From NCBI RefSeq assembly GCF_000315625.1, contig NW_005434663.1, positions 525,882 to 589,881 on the forward strand: DNA of 64,000 nt, in the 5' to 3' direction. The translations under genes and the position numbers were made by a program. This DNA is from Guillardia theta CCMP2712 (Eukaryota > Protista > Cryptophyta). A model generated the notes under the pieces. That model was not told where the DNA came from. It saw nothing but the letters and a program-made list of their open reading frames with translations, and made no database searches. Shown here in pieces: positions 1 to 11,500 of the stretch (position 1 is its first letter; every line of letters begins with the position of its first letter).

Positions 1-153
1 GACAATCCAACAGGATGCGAGGCCCTTGAAGAGTGAAAGTCAAAGATGCGGGATGCAATGATTTCAGAGCAAGCTCATACCTGGTTGAACATCGATCAAG
101 AGACAAGACGATGAGGGGCAGAGCCCGAGACATGTAACTTCCACGGTCGCCAT
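1..153 (-). CDS. 5' end of a beta-CASP metallo-beta-lactamase family protein, INTS9-like (CPSF100-like is the alternative); runs off the left edge of the window
   Basis: Not in the ORF track. ATG at 153, exon 153-81, 56-nt GT-AG intron 80-25 (GTATGAG...TTTGAC...TTCAAG), exon 24-1. Translation MATVEVTCLGLCPSSSCLLIDVQPGPRILLDC fits the N-terminus of INTS9/CPSF100/CPSF73 (xxCL...C.LL....RI(L/M)LDC). The next codon starts with C, so it is not the Gly of the DCG in CPSF73/100; Pro would match plant INTS9 DCP. Confidence 0.6.
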
Positions 154-307
154 TTCTCACTCCATGACCATAGGTGGCAAAATGAACGAGAGGCCGTATG
201 TCGACTGTGAACCACGACAGAGGGAGGGCGAGGTAGGAGCTAGGCACACGTGAGGAATCCAAGGAGGAAGAGAGGAGGGAGGAGGGAGGAGGGAGGAGGA
301 GTGACAA

Positions 308-335
308 GGATCAGGGATCAGGGATCAGGGATCAG
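308..335 (+). repeat. (GGATCAG)4 tandem repeat
   Basis: Four perfect 7-mers, read directly. Confidence 0.9.
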
Positions 336-479
336 GAGGCAATGACTCGATGATTCAAGTCCGCACGCGACAACTCCGGCATGCCGGAAAGCGACGCCAT
401 GGCAGAGAGGGAGTTGGTGAGTCCGCCTCAGACATCACCCTACCCTGTCGAACAAAAGGAGAACAGGGTGGTCTGTTTG

Positions 480-625
480 TCGTACCTGGGTGGGTGGGGA
501 CAGGTATAAACACTTATAGAGGGGTGGTATGGACTCAAAGGGGGGGTACATTCTCAGCTGAAATACAGGTTAGGGTACAGAAGAAGGGTAGGGTAGGGTG
601 GTTGTTGACGGATCCCCCGATAGTC
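480..625. promoter_or_regulatory. GGGGT(A/G)-motif array in a divergent intergenic region
   Basis: Clustered GGGTGGG/GGGGTGG/GGGGTAC/GGGTAGGGTAGGG motifs between two divergent genes; the same motif class recurs in other upstream regions. Confidence 0.5.
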
Positions 626-917
626 ATGGCTCGAGTGAAACCTGGCCCCTCCTCCTCCTCCTGCGTCGCCTTCCTAACCTCAATCTCGCCCTTATCTCCA
701 TCCTCGCCTCCGTTGTCAGCTAGATCGTCCTCCTCGTCCTCATCACGCCTCTCCCCCTCTCCCTGTCCCTCTTCGGCTTCAGCCTTCCTGCCTTCGATTC
801 CCAAGAAACCTTCAAATTCCGTTTGTTCATGTTATTTCGTTCAACCTCGGATCTTAGCACGATCCCCTTGTTACCGATCCTCTGTACTAGCTCATCACTT
901 GTCTTCTTACTCTCTCA

Positions 918-3440
918 TGCGAACTTCATCTGTGCCATTGTGGTTCAGGTGTGATTCTACACTCCCAAACATGGGCCCTCGATCAGCAAGTCCGTACGTT
1001 CCTTGCAGCCTTCCCCCCGAGGACCAACATCTCCCTGCACCTTCTTTGTTACCCGATTTCAAGCTGTCGCAAAGCACTCTGCAATCACTCGCACAGAGGC
1101 GTTTCACTTCCATGCCGCCAAGGCCAAGTGTGCGGCTTCGTCCGATGTTTCGCATTCCATGGGATGTTGATGTGCTGAGGAGAAGTCGAAGTGAAGCTTT
1201 CAGTGACTTCCATACCGAGATTTCTCATAGGGGACGAGAAGGACAAATGGAATGTCGTGTATGCTCCACTGCTTGTTTCGATGCTCCTCTTGTGAACAAT
1301 AAGAGCCAGGGGGAGGGTGAAAGGCAGAAGGATTCTTCTTTTGTTGGCCTCGTTTTCGGAGCCATCGTAATCGTCATGCTTGATGTAAGAAGAAGTTTAT
1401 GCGAAGAAGAGCAGAGTCCTCCGCAAGGACAGCTGATGAGCAAAGACAGCATCGAGAAGATTGCAACGCTGATCAATGCACTTGTTGACATGGACTACTT
1501 CACGGAAGAGGAGGAGCAGGAGATATTCGAGCATGCTGTCACGATGGTTCTGCAGGAAATAGAAAGAATTCTCCCACCTCCAGTGTTGCGATTGGTGATT
1601 CACTCAGATGATAAGGATGGGATTGATGAAGAGCATGCCGAGAGCATGAAGTGAGCATTCTATCTTGCTTCTCGTGATTGCTGTTAGGTGACTTGCTTGC
1701 TCTCAAGGTCGAGGCTGATTGAGTTTGTGAAGTGGAACATCAAAATTCCATACTTGGATGCGACTGACGAGGCCAGGGTTGTGACTGCTGTCTGCGCGGT
1801 AATCGTTGAGAGTCTGAAGAAAGGAAAGTCGTTCAAGAACGGTTTGCTTCCGAATACAAGAAAATATCTCCTTGATGGGATTTCTCTCAGTTGTTGAGCC
1901 CGTCAACAGCGGAGAGCTGATCATGGACGTCTTTGTGAAAGGAAGTGTTGGCCTCTTAGACAGGTTTGCTGACTCGTATACATCTGCTGCCTGACGATTT
2001 ACAGTGCAAATAAAAAGCAATTCGTCGAAACCATTTGCGAGGATCTCCAGATCCCGTTCGTCCCTGATCGACTTAAGACTTGGCTGGTGAGAAATGTTGG
2101 ATGTACACATTACTTTACAAGGTTTCTTCAAGGTGGGCATGATGGTGGAGGCGGTTGGTGAAGTCTTTGAAGCTTCCATCCTTGCTGTCTACCAGAACAG
2201 AATCTCGGAGGCGTATGACTGGTGAGCATGAAGTCTGGTCGTAGAGTCTAGAGTTTCTCAAAGTCCCGCGCTGAAGGGCTGCGGATCGAGTGGCAGACGC
2301 AAAGGAGTCGGAGGCATTCAAACTTTTGAGACAACAACGACCATGTATGCTCGAAAGCGTTTGAAGCCACGCGAGATCTTTTGGTGAAAAATTTACAGAT
2401 TCTCGATGGAGCTGGTTAGGTAACAGAATATCTGCCAAGGAATATGTCGACAAGGTGTTTGTGCCTCTTTGAGAGCTCCTATGATAATCCAATATGACTC
2501 GCCATCTCGGTGGGAATCAGCTCCCGGCATTTGACCAGGGAAAGCTTTTCGTAGATGGCCAGCTTGAATTGCCATATGTGAGGCTCTCAGATCGCTAGAT
2601 GAATCGAGTTTTGATGCAGTCATTTCATGCTTCCAGCGATCAGAAGCTAAGTTTGGTGAAGAAGTGAGAGACTGCCTGGTGAATGAGCTCAACGAGAAGA
2701 TCAATGTGATAGGGTCGTCGATCTACCTACAGATTGCCGTACAGCTGACGTTGTTGCAGGTGGGTATGCGACAAGTTCGAAGAGTGGGAAGGCATACTGA
2801 TTCGAAACATTGTGGACCTTACTTTAATGGAGGTAATCTCAATACCTCCCATAGATCCCGTGATGCCAATTTCATTTCAGAGCATGGACATGGAGAAAAT
2901 GGAGGGATCCGTCGCCTACTTGTGCAAAGAAAACTTTGGTAAAAGATATGCTTGTGTATGCGAAGGGAGAAGAAGTATTGATATCTCGTCTTTGCCTTCC
3001 AGGCTGTACGTATCCCTGCTTCAATTATGCTTCTTCTACTGACGCACAAGACAATTGCTGCACCTCATCCAATCAGTCGCGATAGGATATGAATGGTTTG
3101 AAGCTTTTCGAGCAGAGGAGGTAAGTTTGCTCCTTCTTCCGCCTGAGGGATCCCTCACTATGATGAAAGCTTCCTTGCCCCTACGGATGGGATCCCCTGC
3201 ACTGGTATTGGGAGCTAGCTAAGGTTATCGCTACTATCATGTCATGTGCTGCACATGACGGAGTCTCCTCACTAACACGTTTTGCTGGCTGTTGAACAGG
3301 AATTTGCTGTCAGGGACATGAAATTGGTGAAAGAGTTCAAGAAACCAGAAGGAGGCAGGTCAGTCCCGTTGTGCGTTGGTTTGAACTTCTTTGATACGGG
3401 AGAAACTCAGAGTCATGTCATCCGAGAAGAGAAAGGCTAG
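918..3440 (+). CDS. Spliced hypothetical protein, probably organellar, with internal helical repeats
   Basis: Exons joined by short introns (e.g. 1651-1707, 2833-2880). Arg/Ser/Pro-rich N-terminus, a hydrophobic segment followed by RRSLCEE, and repeats such as LINALVDMDYFTEEEEQEIF / FVKWNIKIPYLDATDEARVV / ICEDLQIPFVPD / LNEKINVIGWVCDKFEEWE. Start codon uncertain. Confidence 0.55.
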
Positions 3441-3749
3441 CAAACATGTTGTGTTCAACCTCTTCACGCGCTGAGAGCAATCTCGTAATGGACAATAATG
3501 TACTGTCTGATCAAAGTCTGCAATGAGAATGACTCTCTACCTCGCTGTCACTCGGCCTGACCGTCCGACACCCACTTAGAGTTTGCCGTGTACTGCCGAT
3601 GTTTTCTGTCTCCCTTTCCTCCTCTTCTTCCATCCTGCCTCGACCCGGCTCTCCCCTCCTCCCTGCTGAGCTCTCTTGTATGCCCCCTTTCCTTCTAGGG
3701 TTTTTTGGGCCTCCGATTGCTCGACAGTAGTCAACCTGTTTCAACGGAC

Positions 3750-3985
3750 GAAATGACCCCTACCCCATAGTTCGTCTCGCACTGGTAACATTTTTCTCAT
3801 TTGGAGTGGTCGAAGGTAGGGTAGCACGGTAGAGGGGACGTTTTGTGCCCGGAGAGCGTGGACTTTTCAGGTACGGTAGGGTCATCGCAGTACCCGTGTT
3901 TTTAACGTATAACAAGGGGGTGATTGTATTTTTTCTCGGCGCGAGGTAGGGGTTTGACAGGCTAGTAAAGCCGAACGGTAGTCCT
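3750..3985. promoter_or_regulatory. GGGGT/GGTAGGG-motif array upstream of the gene at about 4100
   Basis: GACCCCTACCCC followed by repeated GGTAGGGT, GGGGGTG and GGTAGGGGT; preceded by a CT-rich tract. Confidence 0.45.
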
Positions 3986-4099
3986 GACCAACAAACTCGA
4001 CAGTAGCGAGCACGGACAACGTGGGTCTCTGAAACTGAGCTCGAGATGCATGCTTAGAGGTACCAGAAAGAGTAGGAGAGGATCAAGAGAGCATTGTAG

Positions 4100-4937
4100 A
4101 TGAAGAAAAGAGCAACCTGGAGCCTGGATGAGGTCGAATCAGACCTTCAGAAAGCTGTTTGGAATGCGTCGAAAAACAGAGTCCTGATCATCTCAAAATC
4201 GGAGGCTTCTTCGTCTAAGAAACGTGGGGCAGACGGGAGGAAAAGGTACACTGAAATGACATGGATTGTTGACACTGATGACTTGTATTGTTAGAAGGAG
4301 AGTTGTGTTTCGAGACGAGATCGAACAGTCTGCTCACACTGCAATCCAATCAGAAAAGGCGATAGATCCAACCCCTCCAGAATTTTTCACCAGTGATGAT
4401 GTAATGCAAGAAGATGTACAAGTATACAAGAAGGAGAGTAAGCATTTTGAATTGACTGATCTTTTTGGAATCCAACTACTCGGACCTATGGGTTGGACAT
4501 TGCCAAATTTTGGTGGAGAGGGCGGGCATTCAAACAAAGAAAACAATGGAAGCAATGCATCGTCACTGGGGAAATTCTCTGGATCATCAACAAAGGCTGA
4601 GAGCAGCAACAAGATATCCAACATGATGGTTGATGACGAGCAATTCATCGAAGGAATCGTCAAATCTTCACATATGCTCTCAGATGTTAATATGCCCAAC
4701 ATCGTGTCAGCCTCGAAGAAGAGGTTTGGTAAAGGCACTCTTGCCGGACTGCAAGTGGAATCGATAGGAGAGCAGCCGCAGGAGTCAAGTCCTAGTAGCA
4801 GCATGCCTCGCAGAGGCTGGCACACTCGGAGGCGACAACTCACTCCGAGACGAGGGGGTCCTCCAGTCGAGGAAAGCTCTCCGAGCAGGGGACATGTACC
4901 CTTTTCTCTCACTCCGGAGAAGATGAATATCTGGTAG
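4100..4937 (+). CDS. Hypothetical low-complexity protein with an RVxF (RVVF) motif
   Basis: ORFs 4100-4294 and 4266-4937 are joined by a GT-AG intron at 4246-4294, giving GRKRRRVVFRDE. The 3' end may splice further. Confidence 0.5.
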
Positions 4938-5181
4938 TTACAAGGCATTCTCGAACTTTTACTACTGGAGTTCGCTAAACAAAGAAACATGAAGAATAAG
5001 AAATCTTTAAGGTACAGAGTTGCACACGGTCGCAACATGATCCATCACGTTGCAGACTGAGTTCACAACATGCGTGGGGTCGATATAAGTTTGTCCTACA
5101 CCTCCTCCTGCAATGATCCCGGCATTGTCCACCACAGGCTGCAAAACCAAAAGCGAGTTACTTTCACTCGAGTCAGGAGCT

Positions 5182-6459
5182 TCAATTTCGTACCTGAGCG
5201 ACTCCAACACTCTGCATGGCAACAGCATGATTCACACCATTAATAGGCGTGTGTGAATTCAATTCATCCGCGCTTGCAAGTACCACTGGAGACATCTTAA
5301 GGCTCGGCCCTCTGCCAAGAACGCTGCGGAGCCCCTCAAACACACACAAGCTGATGGACATGGCAGGGGCCATCCTTCCGAGACGAGCTTCAACGCCCGA
5401 GAAGAACCCACGAAGTCCCTTCCTGCGCATTACATTTCTTGCAGCAGCCTCAATGCTCATCTTCGTGGGGGTCACCGAGGAAGTTGGCAAGTTTCGGTCA
5501 CATGGAGCAGATTGTACCGTTGTTTTGATCACATCAGCGGGAGTGGTGATGAAAGAAGCCATCATGCCTGAGAACAAGCCGGCAACCATGGCTGCTCCCA
5601 GACTACTTGTGCAAACTCCATTCATGCACGACTTAGCACTCGAGTAAAGTGGAAAGTACATGGCTGCGAAGGGAATGTCTCTGAGCCACGTCGCCTGATA
5701 TCCCGTGTAGAGACCAGAGAGTCCTAGGTCTTTGATGTGATCCAAAGTTGATTTCTTCTCCCTGCTGATCTGTGCTTGAATCTTCAGCACTTCGAGCGGG
5801 TTGGTGGCAACGATTGTCGCTAGACCAGCGATGCTCCCTGCAAGCGCCTGGCCAGAGAAAGAGACTGAGGCCGCACTGTCGACATGTTGCACCTGTTTCA
5901 ACGTGGACAGGACAAACTCGTACACGGAGAGCTGGATGGCTGATTCAGGGGCCGCCCCGATCATCACCGGGATGAGACCATTATACAAGGCAAAGAAGCC
6001 CTCCTCCTCCACAATCTTCTTTATGGTCTGAAAGGTGTTGAGCTTCTCCTCCCCTTCTGCTGCTTGAATCCTTGTCTTGGCCGTGTCGATTGGAAACACA
6101 ACAGCACTTGCAACCATCCCTGCCAGCGCCCCGATGGCAAGGTTTAAAAGGTTCTCGTTGACTATCTTTGGTACCGCGTCCAGGAGGGTTGCTGAACTGG
6201 AAACAGATCCCGCAACGGCAACATTGATCATTGCATGGTCAAGCTCAAACATCTGGAGTGACAGGGCCATTTTCCTCCCCTTGTTGCATGGAAGGCTGGA
6301 TGGGGATGGCCGTTTCAATAGAGCAGTCACTCCCTCTACCCTCGAAGAAACACTTGGCATGCCGCCGGGGCAGGAAGGTAGGAAGGCATGCGCAGATTGG
6401 AGAACGAGAAGAAGAATCAGAAAACCTGAGCACCTGAACAGCATTCTCTCTGGGCCCAT
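5182..6459 (-). CDS. Mitochondrial carrier family (SLC25) protein with a bipartite plastid-targeting sequence; aspartate/glutamate-carrier-like
   Basis: Intronless ORF with three carrier signatures (PIDTAKTR, PLEVLKIQ, PADVIKTT). GAAPESAIQL and LRDIPFAAMYFPLY resemble glutamate/aspartate carriers. Signal peptide ends AHA-FLP and is followed by a Ser/Arg-rich transit peptide. Confidence 0.9.
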   Translation of the reverse strand: MGPERMLFRCSGFLILLLVLQSAHAFLPSCPGGMPSVSSRVEGVTALLKRPSPSSLPCNKGRKMALSLQMFELDHAMINVAVAGSVSSSATLLDAVPKIVNENLLNLAIGALAGMVASAVVFPIDTAKTRIQAAEGEEKLNTFQTIKKIVEEEGFFALYNGLIPVMIGAAPESAIQLSVYEFVLSTLKQVQHVDSAASVSFSGQALAGSIAGLATIVATNPLEVLKIQAQISREKKSTLDHIKDLGLSGLYTGYQATWLRDIPFAAMYFPLYSSAKSCMNGVCTSSLGAAMVAGLFSGMMASFITTPADVIKTTVQSAPCDRNLPTSSVTPTKMSIEAAARNVMRRKGLRGFFSGVEARLGRMAPAMSISLCVFEGLRSVLGRGPSLKMSPVVLASADELNSHTPINGVNHAVAMQSVGVAQVRN

Positions 6460-6629
6460 TCCTCGCGCACCCTTTCCTTATCTCTCTCCCTATCTCTCTC
6501 CCTATCTCCCTCCCTCTCTCTTTCTCTTTCTCTCCCTCTCCCTCTCCCTCTCTCGCTCCTGTTCGCTTGCTATGTCGCCTGTACGTTCGCTTGCTCCAGT
6601 GTCCTGTCGGAGTCTTGCAAGGCCTCGCA

Positions 6630-6955
6630 CACGTGGGGTGGGTGGACTCAGAGGGTGGGGTGATAAATATCGATGACCCGTATTTTTGAATATGAAAGAT
6701 AGGGGTAAAATACCTTGGAGTGGGAAGGTACGTAGAGAGTAAGTGGGGTGGTCTCAGCTTTTATCAGGTTGATTTTGTTAATGGGGGTGGTACTTTCCAT
6801 GAGGGGACGAGAGCGAGGCGGGCCTTTTGTGGGGTTAGCGAATGGTAGGGTGGGGTAGTCTTGTGATCACTTTGGGTGGGTATTGAACATTATGAAAGAA
6901 GGGGTACTTTTGAAAATATGGGGGTGGGGAAGAAAATTGGTGGGGTAGTAAATGA
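6630..6955. promoter_or_regulatory. GGGGT(A/G)-motif array in the divergent promoter between the carrier and elongase genes
   Basis: About 11 GGGGT/GGGTG motifs, all on the + strand, between a CT tract (6470-6560) and a GA tract (7010-7100). Confidence 0.55.
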
Positions 6956-7280
6956 GAAAGCAAGCAGTACAGGCTCGCGGGGGCCTCAAGCGGACGCGAT
7001 GGTGCGGGAATGAGAGGAAAGAAGGAGAGTAAGAAGAGGAGAGAAAGGAAAGAGCTATGGCAGCATTGAGGGAAGAACGTGAATTGAAGGAAGAGAAGAA
7101 AATCAACATCAGGCTCCAGAGCAATATGATTGATTGATCATCTGATACGCATTTCGTTCCGGAGATCACTTGCTCCAAGTCGAACTAAAGCTTCGTCATA
7201 TCGCTTCGTTTAAGCTCGGAATCTGCGCGATTTGACACCTCTGGGAAATTATAGTTTTTAGCTTTGGTACAGGATCATCA

Positions 7281-8409
7281 CATGTACAGCGATATCAAGG
7301 ATTCTGCTAGCTTGCACTCAATGAAGCACTCGAGCATGTTCTCAACGATGCTATCCCGTGTGTTTTCAGAGCACGTCAGAGAGCAGGTAGAACACTTTCG
7401 TTTCCACCCGTCACAGCCTCCCCTCCTGGCATCTTTCCACGATGTCGTGGTCATTTGTGTCGTTTATTTCCTGTCGGTGAGAGCTTTGAAGTTCTTCATG
7501 CGATCGAGGAAGCCGTTCGACCTGCGGTATGTTGTTGCCTTTCACAGCGGGCTGTTAACAGTGGCAAGCTTTGTGCTCTTTGCTTCTTTCATGATGATTT
7601 TGTTCGAAAAGTTTCAGAGCTTCTCGCCCTGGGAGACGATATGCTCATCCGACTTTCATCACGACGGCAACCTGCAATTTCTGTATTATATCAACTATCT
7701 GGTGAAATGGTACGAACTGCTCGACACGGTCATCCTGGTGTTGAGAAAGAAAGAGGTGATATTTCTCCATGAGTATCATCACGCAGCGACGCTCTTCTTG
7801 TGCTGGATACAGCTCGATCAGCATTCTACCGTGCAGTGGGTTCCCATCACCATAAACCTCCTCGTCCATGTCTTCATGTACTACTACTACACGCTGGCGG
7901 CGCTGAAAATCCCAGTCTGGTGGAAGATTTATCTCACTCAGCTCCAGATCGTTCAGTTTGTGATAGACATCGCAGCTTGTAAGCACCTCCGCATGATTCT
8001 TCTTTGCTCTCGTCCCCTTGCGCCAACTGTGATGTGGCGGACAAAGCTTCTGATCCCATCGCAGGTGTGTACGCAAGCAGCCATGAGCCTGTGATCGGAG
8101 GCCTGGGGCTGGCTGGGCTGCTCAGTGAGTATCAGCGCGATCAAGGTCCATCCTTGCGTGACTTTCTATGTCAGGTCCCAGGCCCATGTGCAACGGCACG
8201 CTTAAGGGAGCGCTCGTGGGGGTCGGGGTGATCTTCAGCTATCTCGTGCTCTTTGTCATTTTCTACCTTCAGACTGTGAGTATCTATGCGGGGTGGGTGG
8301 AAAGGGAGAGGGAGAGGGAGAGGGGGGGGGGGGGGATGGGAGGTGGTGGAGGAGGCTGACAGTATAGCAGTACCTGTCGAGGTCAAAGGGCAAGAGGAAA
8401 GAGGAATGA
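7281..8409 (+). CDS. ELO: ELO/GNS1-SUR4 family fatty acid elongase
   Basis: Motifs KWYELLDT, FLHEYHH, HVFMYYYY and TQLQIVQF. Introns at 7979-8064, 8125-8174 and about 8276-8370. Basic C-terminus KGKRKEE*. Confidence 0.93.
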
Positions 8410-8527
8410 GTGGGGGATCTTGGCACAACTGGGACAAGACGAAAGGATGCTTCAGATGCATTCTTCCTTGTTTTTTTACGCAGTTATGGTACAGGGGAAA
8501 CAATAAAACCAGCCAGGATAAACAGAA

Positions 8528-11500
8528 TCAAAGCTCGTTGGTGAGGACGGCGTTGGATGGGATGCCGAGGACCGAAGGCCTCACTTCGATGCCCTGACAA
8601 GAATGTGAGGAGAGGGGGAAAAAAGAAAGAAAACTGCCGCACCCAGACCATGATGAGAACGGCGATGGCAAAACTATTGGGTAGGAGACGAGTTAGTACA
8701 TGGTAGCAGGTGAGATCATAGTGCGAACCTGATCAGCAGGACGATGGTAGTTCCCCAGTTCCTCTGGGTGCTCACAGACCTGCGGACGACTCGCTCAGAG
8801 TTCATGGGAGGCCCTGCAGTGCTCACTGTTGGATCGTGGAATGAGTTTGCACACTCTCGTTGGAAAGCTTGATGATGTTGGCGTTGTGAACTCTGCTGAG
8901 AGACTAGGGAAAGGAGTGAACACAAAGTCATCAGCACTAGCAAGGTATCCACCTGAAACCTGTCCATGTGAGTAGCGATGAAGTGCCTCCTTGAGCTCGT
9001 TTGCAGCTCCTGACAAGCACGTCAGCGATTTGGCAGTGAGAGGCTACGTGAGACGCGAGAGCAGCACCTGCTCGTCGTCGTAGATGATGGATGTGTCCTT
9101 GTAGTCTGAGACCCAGTGGGGGTCCCGCTCTCGGATTCCAATCCAGCAGAGGAAGGAGTCGACCGCACCTGAGAGTTTCTGCTCTGCCGCTAGAGCATAG
9201 TCTTTGGTGAATGAATTCCGGAAGGCAACGTTCAGAGCCATGGAGCAGAAGAGGAGAACGAAACAGGCAATGATGGCAGAGACGTCGAACTTGGTCACCG
9301 AACCACAGGTGTTGGGCTGCAGAAGAGAGCTCATGTAAGTGTCTTCTGTGGATGCCAGAAAGCCAGAATTCGAGAGGTCGGACAAGACTGTGCTCATGCC
9401 TGCCGTCAAGTACGTGGACGCGTAGATCCGAGTCCCGCTGATAGGATCGTCGCAAGTGTCGCAGAAGCAGAGAGCGTTCTGGAGGCCAAACCTCTTGTCA
9501 GAGAGGAGCAGCGGGTCTCCCACAACCTTCAACGGGTTTCCGCACTCCTTAGCGTAGAGCCCCGAGCTCAAGAAATACTGCAAGAGATCGGCATGCGGAA
9601 CCACCATGGCCGCGACCTTCCCGTTCAGCACAGCCTTGCCGCATTCCTCTAGCGATGAAGCCGTGATAGGCTTGAAGCCAAAAATTGTAGATAGTTGCTT
9701 GTAGTAGGTGCGCTCAAGAACGCAGATGTCTACCCCGACCAACCCTGACACGTCTTGGATGTTCGCTGCCTCCTGCATGTTGTTGATCTCGTCCACCACA
9801 GCTCCACTGAAGAGTCCGAAGCAAATGAGACCAAAGATCATCCAAAACGACCCAAACAATTTCCCAATCAGAGTCGTCGGAACTTTGTCTCCATAGCCAA
9901 CAGTCGTCACCGTGACTGCCGTGTACCACAAACCGTCCATGACACCCTCAGCATAGAATTTCCTGAACAGGTCATTGTAGCGGTGCTCAACAATCCAGAA
10001 AATGTGGCCCATCACAAAGATGAAGAAGAAGAAGATCGACAGGAAGTTGATGAAAGACGGTGAGAAGAGCATGAGGAACATTGCGAGACCTCGAGAAATC
10101 AGTGGAGGATTCGTCTTCACGACAATAACAAAGCCGTCACCCTTCCACAGGCTGTCTGTGCATTGATATTTATCGATCTGTATGCTCGTATTCTGAGGTG
10201 AATACCTCAGCTGGTTGAAGTTGGAGATCAGAGTTCCTCGGAGTGGAGGCGGCCAAAATTTCTTGTCGTTGGACCCAGAAGTCGGAGCTGTTGATAGCAG
10301 AACACTGAGGTCAGTGACGACGTTGAAGGTGATGTTGTAGTTCAGACGGGCGGCAATCTCCTTGATTACATCGATGGTGTATCCTTTCGGCTCCACCATC
10401 CACTTGGGCAACCTTGGAAAGTACCCGCTCGGTTGCAATTCGTCCTGCGCGGTGCAAAATCCAAAGTAGCTGCAACCTCTGCCAGACACACAATCTTGAT
10501 CGCTTGCACACGTGTGCTTCAGGTTTTCTGCTGTTGCTGATGCGTTGCACGCTGCTGACGAGCATTTGCTCTGGTTCAACTCAACTTCAACGAAAGGAGG
10601 ATTGTTTTGAATCTGGACCTCCAACAAGCATGAACGTGACCATGGGGATCGGAGCAGTGACCTATTGTATTCGATAGAACCTGTCAATGAGCAATCATGG
10701 AAGATTGTGTAGTAGAAGTATCTGGTAGAGTCGATGGTGTTGATGGACCTGGAAGCGTCATACCTTGAGAAATCACTGTAACTCTCTACAAAATCTCCTA
10801 GAACCCATTCAGTGCTGTTCAGGATGTAGTTGCCATCGATGTCAGCAGCAATGAACTTCCTCTCTAAGAAAGAGATGCGGCCATCGCTGTTCAGGTCGTG
10901 CAGGTTGAAATTGATGGGATAGAGGTATTGGTTGTCCACTGCGCCACCCGTCGTCTTCTTGTAGAGAGAAAGATAGTACTCGCTCTTAGAAACATACTCG
11001 TCTCCATTCGTATCCGCAAACACCTTGAAGTAATGCTCCTCCAACGAGATTCGCTGGCTTCCATCCAAGTCTTCTTCCTGTAATGCTTGTGCGATCTCAG
11101 CCGTGGTCGGCTCACGCACGAGCGAGGGATCCCAGCCGTTGGACATGTAGATGTCCAGAAGCGCTAGCACAGACACTGAGTACCACATCTGCAGCTGTCC
11201 GCTGTCTGTCAAAGGCGACACATCGTCAAGGCAACGAGGGAACAGAGCACAGAGATTTTCGTACCTCGGAACAACCCCCCGAGAGGCCCGTTGTTCAAGG
11301 ACTTCCCATCGTCAAGATTCTGCACAGGACCAGACTTGCAGACGTGCGTGATGGCCCAGAAGTGTCTCAGCACAAAGTACTCTTCCTGGCTGAGAACTCC
11401 ATCCTTGTCCAGGTCTGCCTGGTGGAACGAATATTGAGGGTTCAGGCGATTGGCGGATACCAGCCAACGATTGGGTCCTGAATGCATGTATGGGCTGAAT

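Noticed and set aside
350-917. N-terminal part of the 434-aa ORF 350-1654
   Set aside because: It reads through the G-rich promoter array and CT tract. This is low-complexity chance openness, and the real start is probably at or after 918.
4905-5000. Homeodomain helix-3-like LTPEKMNIW + FAKQRNMKNKK
   Set aside because: Joining W to F needs removal of 4935-4970, which does not start with GT. The canonical GT-AG splice gives another frame, and helices 1-2 are absent.
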